Part shown: positions 18,261 to 26,921 of the stretch, piece after piece
Numbering within the stretch: position 1 is the stretch's first letter
Layout of the letters: every line of letters begins with the position of its first letter
DNA from: a virus
Lineage: Duplodnaviria; Caudoviricetes
Length of the DNA: 61,746 nt
Reading direction: 5' to 3' (one strand)
IMG/VR virus record: IMGVR_UViG_3300036783_000190
Coordinates: 1-61,746 of that record
Translations under genes and position numbers: made by a program
Notes under the pieces: generated by a model
Told to the model about the DNA's origin: nothing
Database searches by the model: none
Seen by the model: only the letters and a program-made list of their open reading frames with translations

Positions 18261-19094
18261 GTGCGACACGTTTCCTCATAAGTGTGCAAACACGAAATAG
18301 GAGGGTTATCAACTTGATAACAACAACTTATTGACTGAAAGTAGGAATGAAAGCCGTCAGGTTGAGCTGAAACTACTTATCTGATACTCCTACATGCAAG
18401 GCGTGATAGTAGTCACAAATTGTATGAAGCTAGGTGAAGTCGACTGAACAAAACCTAAGTGAGAAATCATATGGTAATGGATAGGTCGGGGTGCTACAAA
18501 ATATCTAAGGTGAGAATGTCCTAACGGACTGGCAAACTTGCGAATGTACGGGTCTAAACGTTTAATATATCAGAAATGTATATGTCGTTAATGACGACGT
18601 TATCTACCGAAAAGTAAGATTAAATAGTATGAAATTCGGAACATCTAACGATGAGGATGTAAAGATAACAGGCTTAAAGCAAGCACCTAAGGATGTATGT
18701 ATAGCTAGGTCAATCGGAACGTGGTAAGCAAGAAACTGTCATCAACGTCTACTAACGGACAGATGCATATAAGGTTCTAACGAACCGAAATTGCTTCATT
18801 CTTGTGAAGGTGGGGACATAGTACCGAAGAAGCATGTAATAAATGTGGAGGGATAGTCCCTAGTCTTGTTCTTTGAAAACTAAATCAATTAGATGTAACT
18901 CACAGGATCGAGTAAGATGATGTGACCTTTCGTAAGAAAGGGGAATTAATACGTTGGTGAGTACAACATTGTTTGTAATCTAGTTGCTTTAGTATAGAAG
19001 AATAAGATGGGGCGCTGTATGCGATGAAAGTCGCACGTACAGTGTTAAGCGGGGGAAAAGATGGAGATAACTTCAAAGTCTTACCTATCGCAAC
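18261..19094 (+). mobile_element. ORF-less group II intron (~834 nt, bacterial class B-like)
   Basis: 5' GTGCGACACG; D5 GGCGCTGTATGCGAT-GAAA-GTCGCACGTACAGTGTT; D6 ending CCTATCGCAAC; EBS1 AAATAG (~18622) matches 5' exon CTATTT; short D4 with SD remnant and no RT ORF. Confidence 0.9.
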
Positions 19095-19116
19095 TAGTAG
19101 AAAAGGAGAACTTGAA

Positions 19117-19233
19117 ATGAAAGAAACTTGGAATGAGCAAGAACGTTTAGAAATTGAAGCGGAGCAAGAAATGATCGCGCAAGTAGAAAGAGAAAACTGG
19201 ATGGAAGCAAATAATATTAGCTATGAGTATTAA
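19117..19233 (+). CDS. 38-aa cassette ORF MKETWNEQERLEIEAEQE...
   Basis: AAGGAG RBS in the intron 3' exon. Confidence 0.6.
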   Translation: MKETWNEQERLEIEAEQEMIAQVERENWMEANNISYEY

Positions 19234-19408
19234 TGTTCGGAATTTGATTTGAGTTTGCAGCTGCAGTTTAAGGATAATGTTCGGTTTTTAATAAATATTT
19301 CATTTTGTAGAAATCTTTTTTTGAATGAAGTTACTAAAATCAATTGATAATGTTTACCACGAAGAATACAATTGAATAAAGTAACTTTATTCAAAGGAGA
19401 GATATATA

Positions 19409-19744
19409 ATGACTGAACAAAACAATCGTGGCGGTAAACGAGAAGGCGCAGGACGTAAAGCAATTGGTGAGACAAGAAAAGTATCGTTAACTTTACCGAC
19501 TGAGTTATGGAGTGAAATTGAGTTTCTATGTGAATACGATGGAGAGAGTCAATCTAAAGTGATTCGAAAAATGTTAGAAAAGCAGATACCTAATACAAAA
19601 ATGATACAGGATATAAAAGAATTTCAGAATGCTAACATTGGTGCGAATATTACAAGTGATGAGGATGTCGTAGATTTTTGCGTGAAATTGGTTCATGAGA
19701 TCTTTATACAGAAGAAACATAAATATGAACCGGATTTAAAATAA
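19409..19744 (+). CDS. Ribbon-helix-helix-like DNA-binding protein
   Basis: RGGKREGAGRK then KVSLTLP..SQSKVIR. Confidence 0.7.
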   Translation: MTEQNNRGGKREGAGRKAIGETRKVSLTLPTELWSEIEFLCEYDGESQSKVIRKMLEKQIPNTKMIQDIKEFQNANIGANITSDEDVVDFCVKLVHEIFIQKKHKYEPDLK

Positions 19745-19846
19745 AAGAGCAGCTAGCAAAAGCTAACTGCTCTCCAGAAAAGCATTAAGAAGGAAGTTCA
19801 GAACTCAAGTGTATTTATAGTATGGACAAGATTTAGGAATTTATTC
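19743..19846 (-). ncRNA. SigG-promoter sRNA unit 1
   Basis: Minus-strand GAATA-17-CATACTA; terminator GAGCAGTTAGC-TTTT-GCTAGCTGCTC-TTTT. Confidence 0.6.
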
Positions 19847-19854
19847 AAGGAGGA

Positions 19855-20169
19855 ATGGATATGAATTTATATCTCCAAAAGATTAAAGATAAATGTGATG
19901 CATCAGTTGAAAAAGCATACACAAGTAATCCTTTAGTTATGTTAAAAACAGATACAATCTATTGGTTACTAGATCAATCAGAAGAAAATGAGAAACGAAA
20001 AGGTATTATACAAGCAAATTATCATGAATATAGCGAGCTAGAAAAGAAACGGAGAAAGTTACTTGAGGAAAATGAGTTCCTAAAAGATGATGTCCATGTT
20101 AGGAATGAGCGTGTCGATGAACTTGAGAAGGAATTACAAGAACTCAAAAGAGCAGCTAGCAAAAGCTAA
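19855..20169 (+). CDS. Coiled-coil hypothetical
   Basis: AAGGAGG RBS. Confidence 0.7.
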   Translation: MDMNLYLQKIKDKCDASVEKAYTSNPLVMLKTDTIYWLLDQSEENEKRKGIIQANYHEYSELEKKRRKLLEENEFLKDDVHVRNERVDELEKELQELKRAASKS

Positions 20170-20226
20170 CTGCTCAGGTTAAGAAATGGGTTGTCTACAG
20201 TATTGACGGAATATTGAGTTTTATTC
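20146..20226 (-). ncRNA. SigG-promoter sRNA unit 2
   Basis: GAATA-17-AATACTG; 30-bp terminator identical to unit 1. Confidence 0.5.
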
Positions 20227-20242
20227 AGGAGAGGAAGAGAAA

Positions 20243-20431
20243 ATGAGTAAAGAACAAATATTAAAAAAAGAAATAATTAAATGGGTGAAAACCATGAATA
20301 GTGATGACCCAGAACAATTTAATTCATGTGTAATGGAATTGGAAGATATGTTGTTAGGATATATTGAGAAAAATATGGAGGTAGAGGGAAATGAAATCAG
20401 AAATACATCCATTCAGAATGATAGTAAGTAA
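20243..20431 (+). CDS. Hypothetical
   Basis: RBS and ORF. Confidence 0.6.
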   Translation: MSKEQILKKEIIKWVKTMNSDDPEQFNSCVMELEDMLLGYIEKNMEVEGNEIRNTSIQNDSK

Positions 20432-20573
20432 TGAAGATATCGCTGTAGGTAATAAGGTCAAATTCTCGGATGGTGAAGAAGGAACAGTAACTTCGATTAG
20501 ATCCATAAAATTCATAAGTATGACTAAAGTTGAAGTAATTGGCAGAGCTAAGTTTGAAAACTCAACAAAATAA
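20391..20573 (+). CDS. Hypothetical (small beta-barrel-like)
   Basis: GGAGG upstream; stop lies in junction motif. Confidence 0.6.
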   Translation: MKSEIHPFRMIVSNEDIAVGNKVKFSDGEEGTVTSIRSIKFISMTKVEVIGRAKFENSTK

Positions 20574-20602
20574 TCCTTTGAATAGAAAGCGAGGTTAGAA
20601 GA

Positions 20603-20776
20603 ATGGAAGATAACGTAAAGCTATTGGGTGCAGACGGAATGTGTGGAATGGAGTTTACAGGAAGTAAGGTTAATGTTTATAACGTTGAAGGATATGTAAT
20701 GGAATGGATGATAACAAGGGAGCATGTTCAGGAAGTTATTGATTTTCTTGAAGAGCGCAAAGGACAAATGGAATAG
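20603..20776 (+). CDS. 57-aa hypothetical
   Basis: Preceded by GAATAGAAAGCGAGGTTAG, repeated at 20771. Confidence 0.6.
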   Translation: MEDNVKLLGADGMCGMEFTGSKVNVYNVEGYVMEWMITREHVQEVIDFLEERKGQME

Positions 20777-20793
20777 AAAGCGAGGTTAGGAAA

Positions 20794-21051
20794 ATGGATG
20801 ATTTGAAAGTGCAGGACCTAAAAAAACGAATGGCAGCAGCGGTAAATGAACCTGATAAGGACAAGCAAAGGGAAATGGTACAGGAAATCATGGATAGCCC
20901 GGAAATGGTTAGATTTAAGGAGTTATTCCTAAAGGTATGGGATCAGATTAAAGAATTTGTAATTAAATGTGAAAGAACGATAAGGAAGTATAAGCGTACC
21001 GTTTCATTCAAAAGACAACACATTAAACATAAAAGATGGTGTGTTAATTGA
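20794..21051 (+). CDS. Hypothetical
   Basis: Same 19-nt leader as previous ORF. Confidence 0.65.
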   Translation: MDDLKVQDLKKRMAAAVNEPDKDKQREMVQEIMDSPEMVRFKELFLKVWDQIKEFVIKCERTIRKYKRTVSFKRQHIKHKRWCVN

Positions 21052-21470
21052 TTAAAAAGAGAAAAGCTACAACTAAGAAAAAGAACAAACCGCGAATTAA
21101 GCAGAAGAAAGTAACTTATGACGGAATTCATTTCGATTCACAGTCAGAAATGAATTATTACAAGTATTTGAAAAGCAGGGATGATGTTAGTCACATAGAG
21201 TGTCATCCCGCTTTCACTCTTATACCATCTTTTGAGATTAAGAGCAGCATAACGAAGTCAGGGAAGTCGAAAAAGTCAGCTATGAGGTTTACACCTGATT
21301 TTAAAGTAACGTACTCAGATGGGCGTGTAGAAGTGGTTGATGTTAAAGGAAGCAAACGAGCTATCAATGAAGGATTTCCGATAAGAAAGAAATTATGGGA
21401 GTACCTAAACAAACAGGAGTTAATCGTTGTGATATGGGACAAGAAGTTAGGTGAATGGACAAGATCATAA
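21048..21470 (+). CDS. DUF1064 PD-(D/E)XK nuclease (resolvase candidate)
   Basis: DGIHFDSQSE..YY..FTPDF..VVDVKG. Confidence 0.85.
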   Translation: MIKKRKATTKKKNKPRIKQKKVTYDGIHFDSQSEMNYYKYLKSRDDVSHIECHPAFTLIPSFEIKSSITKSGKSKKSAMRFTPDFKVTYSDGRVEVVDVKGSKRAINEGFPIRKKLWEYLNKQELIVVIWDKKLGEWTRS

Positions 21471-21657
21471 AGGGGTGAGTGTCATTAGAAGATACGAAGG
21501 TACACGAGAATATATGTTGTTTCGAAAAGAACCAGGATTTGAACATGACCAAAGAGTTTGGTTGTTTGATGTATTTACGTATCAGGAGTTAATGAACCAT
21601 TTAAATGATGGATGGCAGTTTAGTAGAGGATGTACTGTTAAGAAGGCAACAGCTTAA
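21451..21657 (+). CDS. Hypothetical
   Basis: ORF track; start uncertain. Confidence 0.55.
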   Translation: MNGQDHKGVSVIRRYEGTREYMLFRKEPGFEHDQRVWLFDVFTYQELMNHLNDGWQFSRGCTVKKATA

Positions 21658-21796
21658 TGGATAACGGAACAATGCGCAATAGTGTGGTGGGGGCTATGTT
21701 AATGCGTGATGTTCCCTTATTCAACAATGAGATAGTAAAATTTCACGTACCTTATGTGATGTTAAAAAGACAAATTCGAAATAGGGGGATTCTAGT

Positions 21797-22174
21797 TTGG
21801 GACAAAAACAATTAGTGACTGAAGATGATATTAGAGAAATGGTTATTGAGGAATTGCAGAAGTATCGTGTACTTAAAGTTCGATTTCATAATCAACAAGA
21901 AAGAACAGCATTCGGTGCAGAATTATTGTTTCCTGAATTAAAACCAAAGCCGGATGGTCAAGAGGAAAAGTACATCAGATATATTCAAATAAAAAGAGCG
22001 TTGGAAGAAGCGCTAGATGAGGACGAAAGAAAAATACTCGAAATGAAATATATGAACACAAAAGTGTTGAATGACGATTACATTTATACGGTTATTGGCA
22101 TTAAAAGAAGAACATTCTACCGAAAGAAAAAGTCAGCTGTAATTAACTTTGCAGATGCATTAGGGATGATATGA
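21797..22174 (+). CDS. ArpU/RinA-family late transcription activator
   Basis: ALDEDERKILEMKY..IGIKRRTFYRKKKSAV..A; TGGCAC-like repeats follow. Confidence 0.88.
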   Translation: MGQKQLVTEDDIREMVIEELQKYRVLKVRFHNQQERTAFGAELLFPELKPKPDGQEEKYIRYIQIKRALEEALDEDERKILEMKYMNTKVLNDDYIYTVIGIKRRTFYRKKKSAVINFADALGMI

Positions 22175-22229
22175 AATGGCACTTTTGGGCTACCATATTG
22201 GGTACCTTTCAACAACTAAATAAAAAGTA

Positions 22230-23085
22230 CGATTATCTCATGAAGAAACGCTCTTTGAAAAGAAGATACGCTTCATGGGATAGCGTGCCCATTATAATAA
22301 CGTTACTCGGTGACGCGGAGGCTAGAGGGGATAAGAGCTTCCCGAAATTATTTATATTTTACTTCTCATTGAGTGTATAAGCGTAACGCCTTTCGTTTGT
22401 AGGCTCATAGGTAGTAAAACCACGCCTGTCATGTGGATTCTTGATTTCTATGTTAAAACTGGATCGTTTGCCAAATGGGGATGTTGGTCTGTTCGATTGA
22501 ATGGACCACGTCTCCTAGCAAGAAGAAATAACTCAATTAAATTAGTAATTACTCACAACAATAACTAATATAAGTCAGGTTGTTCTTCTTAAACGATTAA
22601 ACGAGCAGAGAGCTTCCGCTCTTTGTTTGAGCCAATACAGCTGAACCTTCCCCTCAGTCTTGTGTATTGGTTCAAACAAGGCGTAGGAAGAAACATATGC
22701 GTCTGGATATAATCGCATTGTGTAAACGTAAATGGTGAAAATGACATTAAGTAGCCGACTCCACGGAGTATAAACGAGAAATGGTTTCGACTGTTTCCCT
22801 AGCTAAATCAATGATGGTGTAAGGTGCATATTCGCGAAGGTGAGGGTTCGATTCCCTCAAGTTGATTTAGTGAGGGAAGCTGTTGATATCAGCTAAAGAT
22901 TATAAAGAGCATATTCTTGCTCTTCTCCCAGTCACCGACACAGGGCGTGTAGCCATACTATTGATTCGGTGATTTGGAGAAGGTTGAGAGTGCTCAGCCT
23001 TAATCTAAGAGAAACTTTGCCATTTGTTTTCTCTCTTTTCTCCCATCCCCTTTAGAGCTGTCACTTCGGTGATGGCTTTTTTGTT
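22230..23085 (+). ncRNA. Non-coding late leader made of tandem long hairpins, including a tRNA-like domain (22794-22878)
   Basis: At least 7 long inverted repeats; T-arm GAGGG-TTCGATT-CCCTC; terminator GCTGTCAC-TTCG-GTGATGGC-TTTTTT. Confidence 0.6.
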
Positions 23086-23486
23086 CTTTGTAAACTAGAG
23101 ATTAGCCAATATATATGTTAGTTCCTAGTTTAGAAAGAATAAGTTTCTTTGTTATGTAGAAATTACACATTAAACCAGTAAAAATTTGAATGAGACAAGA
23201 ATACATTAATAACTGAGACGTATTCATTCTTTATAATCGTATTGGACGAGCGCCTTATAGGGCTCTTTTTTATTGCACATAAGGAATTCCCAAACATACA
23301 ATATCGAGTCAATGCCAACCAACTTATTCCTTTTCCGAGAGCTATATATATTCCGCTATAAAGCTCTTTTATGTTGCACCATTAGAACGGGCAAGGCATT
23401 GTCGTATACCTTATACTCAGAAGCTTAGGACACTTTATAGTGTTCTTTTTTTATTGAACAAAATGGACATTTGATTAGGAGGATGA

Positions 23487-23765
23487 ATGATGGATTGTAC
23501 ATTTGAACAAATGGAGATTTGCTTTAACTTTGCTATCACTAATAATACGGATTACATAGGTGTGTTAATCGAAATGGAAGGATTCAATGATGCGGAGGTT
23601 ATTATTAATAGTCGAGCTAATATCGCTGATAAGCTAGAGTATTATAAGAAAACGTATGACGAGAATTTAAACCACAAATTCGCTAAAGGTATTCGTATTA
23701 CTGGATTTACTTATGGCGATTCATTTGCTAAAATTCAAAGCTATTTATCTACTTTTAATAATTAA
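23487..23765 (+). CDS. Hypothetical phage protein
   Basis: AGGAGG RBS. Confidence 0.75.
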   Translation: MMDCTFEQMEICFNFAITNNTDYIGVLIEMEGFNDAEVIINSRANIADKLEYYKKTYDENLNHKFAKGIRITGFTYGDSFAKIQSYLSTFNN

Positions 23766-23827
23766 ACCAATAGCAATTCTCGTAGGCGCTGCCGTGATCT
23801 GGGTGGCGTCTTGTTTGTTGTTAAGGG

Positions 23828-24178
23828 ATGATAAGGGGTGAGAGGATGGAACAAAAGTACTTAGGTAAAATCATGAAAGCTGAGTTTGGAACTCATAGAG
23901 ACAGACCGTTTTTAATGGGATTACAATTAGAATTTCGTTTTGATGGTAATAGTGGTGTTAACTGCGGCGGAAGACATTTAATGAATGTGAGTGACCATTG
24001 CAATTGGGATTCCGAAGAACAGAAGAATACAGCTTTCCGAAAGGTCATAAAAGATGTGTATAAGATTCTCGAAGAGGCAAAAGTGCATACTGTATCTGAA
24101 TTAGTTAACAAACCTATTGAAATTACTATTGAAGACCAGATGTATAAGTCATTTCGTATTTTGACAGAAGTTTTATAA
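23828..24178 (+). CDS. Hypothetical phage protein (start may be 23846)
   Basis: ORF track. Confidence 0.7.
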   Translation: MIRGERMEQKYLGKIMKAEFGTHRDRPFLMGLQLEFRFDGNSGVNCGGRHLMNVSDHCNWDSEEQKNTAFRKVIKDVYKILEEAKVHTVSELVNKPIEITIEDQMYKSFRILTEVL

Positions 24179-24220
24179 CAAAACAAACGAACACAACGAA
24201 CGAAAATAGAGGAGGAAGTA

Positions 24221-24544
24221 ATGATGAAAGAAAAAGATTTAAACATTTCAGAAGTACGCGGAGCTAAAAAGAATATTTCGGACCTACAATTGTACGGAGA
24301 TGGTGATACATTCGCTCTACTTTGCAAAGCTAGTTCTCAAGAGCAAGGATGGATGAAGTCCACAAAGGTTTGTAATGTGATTGGTGGTTGTGTAATGCAA
24401 GTAACAACACAACAAAAGAATCCTGACGGAAGCTATTCAGTTGCAGAAGCACTAACTTATGTCCCTGGTGTTCATATCGATAAAGAAAGCGAACCGAGAC
24501 GAATGGTTTCTTGTTTTGATACAACATTCCCTGTTTTCGGGTAA
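24221..24544 (+). CDS. Hypothetical phage protein
   Basis: GAGGAGG RBS. Confidence 0.75.
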   Translation: MMKEKDLNISEVRGAKKNISDLQLYGDGDTFALLCKASSQEQGWMKSTKVCNVIGGCVMQVTTQQKNPDGSYSVAEALTYVPGVHIDKESEPRRMVSCFDTTFPVFG

Positions 24545-24710
24545 AAATATAGATAGTTAACAAAGTGAAGTTTATGCAGGAAATAACGGTGATTAGGTGC
24601 TGAAAACCCGCTAAAATAGGGCGTGCATAAAATCATGCATAAATATATGGAATGATATGTAACGAAAAGTGAGTGGTATCAACGATTTCCCATGATATCA
24701 ACTTTAAACA

Positions 24711-24738
24711 ACTGAGTATAACAATAATTATGTAAACT
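24711..24738 (+). other. dif-like Xer recombination site
   Basis: ACTGAGTATAA-CAATAA-TTATGTAAACT; right arm identical to B. subtilis dif (ACTTCCTAGAA-TATATA-TTATGTAAACT). Confidence 0.75.
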
Positions 24739-24832
24739 AGAAAGAAAGTTATATGTATAACTTATTAATTTCCCTGTATAAATTAGTTTTCCTAACAGAT
24801 TTTTTAAAATAAGATTCTTTTGAGGTGATTTC

Positions 24833-25198
24833 ATGCTGATCTATACAGTTATGATGTGGGACAATGCTGATACGGATATTATGTTGGCTACCACAGATAG
24901 AGAAGAAGCATTAAAAGCATTTGAGTCATGCGTCGCATTCTCTTTGCAAGTGTGGAAAAAAGGTGAAGTGCTGATTGAGATGATTAGTAACGAGGGTGAA
25001 TACTTTGCTGATGGTGGATTAAAAAGATATCCGGAAAAAGGGCAACAGTTATTTCATGAGATAGTTGAACAATTACGAGGTGCGGAGAAATTAAAAGAAG
25101 TTTTAGAAGAAATTAGCAAAGTAAATGAAGTCCATAAAATAGGGATGACTGAAGAAGAAATTGTCGCCGCTGTAATGTGGGCTGATAGATTAGAATAG
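24833..25198 (+). CDS. Hypothetical
   Basis: GAGGTG RBS. Confidence 0.7.
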   Translation: MLIYTVMMWDNADTDIMLATTDREEALKAFESCVAFSLQVWKKGEVLIEMISNEGEYFADGGLKRYPEKGQQLFHEIVEQLRGAEKLKEVLEEISKVNEVHKIGMTEEEIVAAVMWADRLE

Positions 25199-25265
25199 GT
25201 TTTTATTTTATAGAGGAATTACCACAAGGAGGAGTGAGACGAATTACTTCCTATTAATATAGAAG

Positions 25266-25589
25266 GTGGTGGGTGATGTGAAAACAAATGTTATATGTAG
25301 CCAATGCCAACATGAACACAAGATAAAAGAAATCAAGAGCAAGCGTATTACTGAAGATATAGAAGAACATTACTTTGTATGTCCTGAATGTGGTGCAGAG
25401 CAGAATTGCTTCTATGCTGATAAGTTAGTAAGGAAGCTAATGCAACATCAAAAGAATCTACGCTTTAGATTACAGAAGGCTATAAGTGTTAAGCGTAAAC
25501 AAAAAGTATGGGATGAATTGCAAGAGACTAACGAGAAGGTTGCGGCAGAGTTGGATAGAGTGAGGGAAGAAGTAGAAGGCGCCAAGTGA
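25266..25589 (+). CDS. Zinc-ribbon + coiled-coil protein
   Basis: CSQC..CPEC. Confidence 0.7.
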   Translation: MVGDVKTNVICSQCQHEHKIKEIKSKRITEDIEEHYFVCPECGAEQNCFYADKLVRKLMQHQKNLRFRLQKAISVKRKQKVWDELQETNEKVAAELDRVREEVEGAK

Positions 25590-25607
25590 TGGTGTCCTTT
25601 TTTATTT

Positions 25608-26018
25608 TTGGGAGGTAGAATGCAAATGAAACGTTTTAATAAATCTATATGTTTAGCGTGTGGTCATCAGGATAGAGTTGATTATCCATCTAAAGAAGAA
25701 TATCAAGAAGTAACTGTTTGCCCGAAATGTAATGGTGCTTTTGTAGATGCGTTTAAGTTAGCAAAGTACAAACAATTGGATGATACAGATGTTAATGAAG
25801 AGCCATTACTAACGATTACATTAACGGATATAGATGCTGTACCGGTTGTACATTATAAAGGCGAACAGATAGAAAGAAACGTACGGGTGACATTTGATTG
25901 GGAAACAAGGTCCACTAAGAAGATTGATATGACATACATTCATATTGAGCATGTACCGGTTGACAATAAGCGTTTAAATACCGAGATCATTCAACATAAT
26001 CATCCTATTGTGGAGTGA
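25608..26018 (+). CDS. Zinc-ribbon hypothetical
   Basis: CLAC..CPKC. Confidence 0.7.
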   Translation: MGGRMQMKRFNKSICLACGHQDRVDYPSKEEYQEVTVCPKCNGAFVDAFKLAKYKQLDDTDVNEEPLLTITLTDIDAVPVVHYKGEQIERNVRVTFDWETRSTKKIDMTYIHIEHVPVDNKRLNTEIIQHNHPIVE

Positions 26019-26023
26019 TATAA

Positions 26024-26377
26024 ATGCCAAGTAAACCAAAGAAACCGTGCGCTCATCCTAGATGTCCAGAGCTTACAACAGAACGATACTGTGACAACCA
26101 TAAGAAGAATGCTACAAGGTATTACGATAAGGTACAGCGAGATAGTAGATCCACTACATTCTATAACAGTAAGGCGTGGCAAGTAGTAAGACAGCAAGCT
26201 TTGTTACGCGATAATAACTTGTGTCAACAATGCTTTAAGGATGGAATGCTGAAGGCTGCTGATATGGTCCATCATATACAGGAAGTAAGAGATGAATGGG
26301 ACTTACGTTTAGATATAGATAACTTAACGAGCCTTTGTAATGCGTGTCATAACAAGGTGCATGGGAAGAGGGGATGA
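26024..26377 (+). CDS. Terminase-associated HNH endonuclease
   Basis: LCQQC..DMVHH..NLTSLCNACHNKVH, near cos. Confidence 0.92.
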   Translation: MPSKPKKPCAHPRCPELTTERYCDNHKKNATRYYDKVQRDSRSTTFYNSKAWQVVRQQALLRDNNLCQQCFKDGMLKAADMVHHIQEVRDEWDLRLDIDNLTSLCNACHNKVHGKRG

Positions 26378-26757
26378 TAACGATGATTAGATGGTTAGTT
26401 AAAAAGATTATAAATGAAGAAAAAGAGTTCGAGGATATAGTTTTGAACAATCGATTTAGTGTGTTGGAGTATAGAATACATGTATTACAGAAAGATATAA
26501 TGCGTTTAAACAAAAACAGAACAGAAGATAGTAACAATATCAATGTTCATCTAGATACTGGAGAACAGATTAAACTTAATGTAACCAATGACAAACTTAA
26601 TGAACTATATAACGATGTATCAACAGGTAAGTCATGGGTTAAGTTGGGTGATAGAGGCTTAGTTAGACGTGAAGGTATTAGGTTTATTGAAACAATTGAA
26701 CCATTAGAAGAAACTGTGTATGTAGATGGAATGCAGATGGGGTTTAAAAAGAAATAA
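26374..26757 (+). CDS. Hypothetical between HNH and cos
   Basis: ATGA overlap. Confidence 0.65.
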   Translation: MITMIRWLVKKIINEEKEFEDIVLNNRFSVLEYRIHVLQKDIMRLNKNRTEDSNNINVHLDTGEQIKLNVTNDKLNELYNDVSTGKSWVKLGDRGLVRREGIRFIETIEPLEETVYVDGMQMGFKKK

Positions 26758-26824
26758 AAATTACACATTCACTTTTGTATATAGCCCCCCTTATGAATAT
26801 TTGAAGGCAGGCGACCCTCCAGAC

Positions 26825-26833
26825 CGCCGCCCC
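26825..26833. other. cos site CGCCGCCCC
   Basis: GC island upstream of terS; same 9-mer as the 3' cos overhang of gamma/Wbeta-type phages. Confidence 0.75.
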
Positions 26834-26921
26834 GCTTCACGCGCAGAAAATTCCCTAAATGAAATTTTCAAAAATGGCGGTTCGGGCTCCCTAAACTAAA
26901 AATCTGAAAGGAAGATGCTTA

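Noticed and set aside
18261-19094. Retron or diversity-generating retroelement
   Set aside because: No reverse transcriptase ORF and no TR/VR pair seen in the window.
19024-19116. N-terminal part of ORF 19024-19233
   Set aside because: It is intron D5/D6 read by chance; the RBS-supported start is 19117.
22794-22878. Functional tRNA gene
   Set aside because: No anticodon arm and no normal acceptor/CCA end; kept as a tRNA-like RNA.
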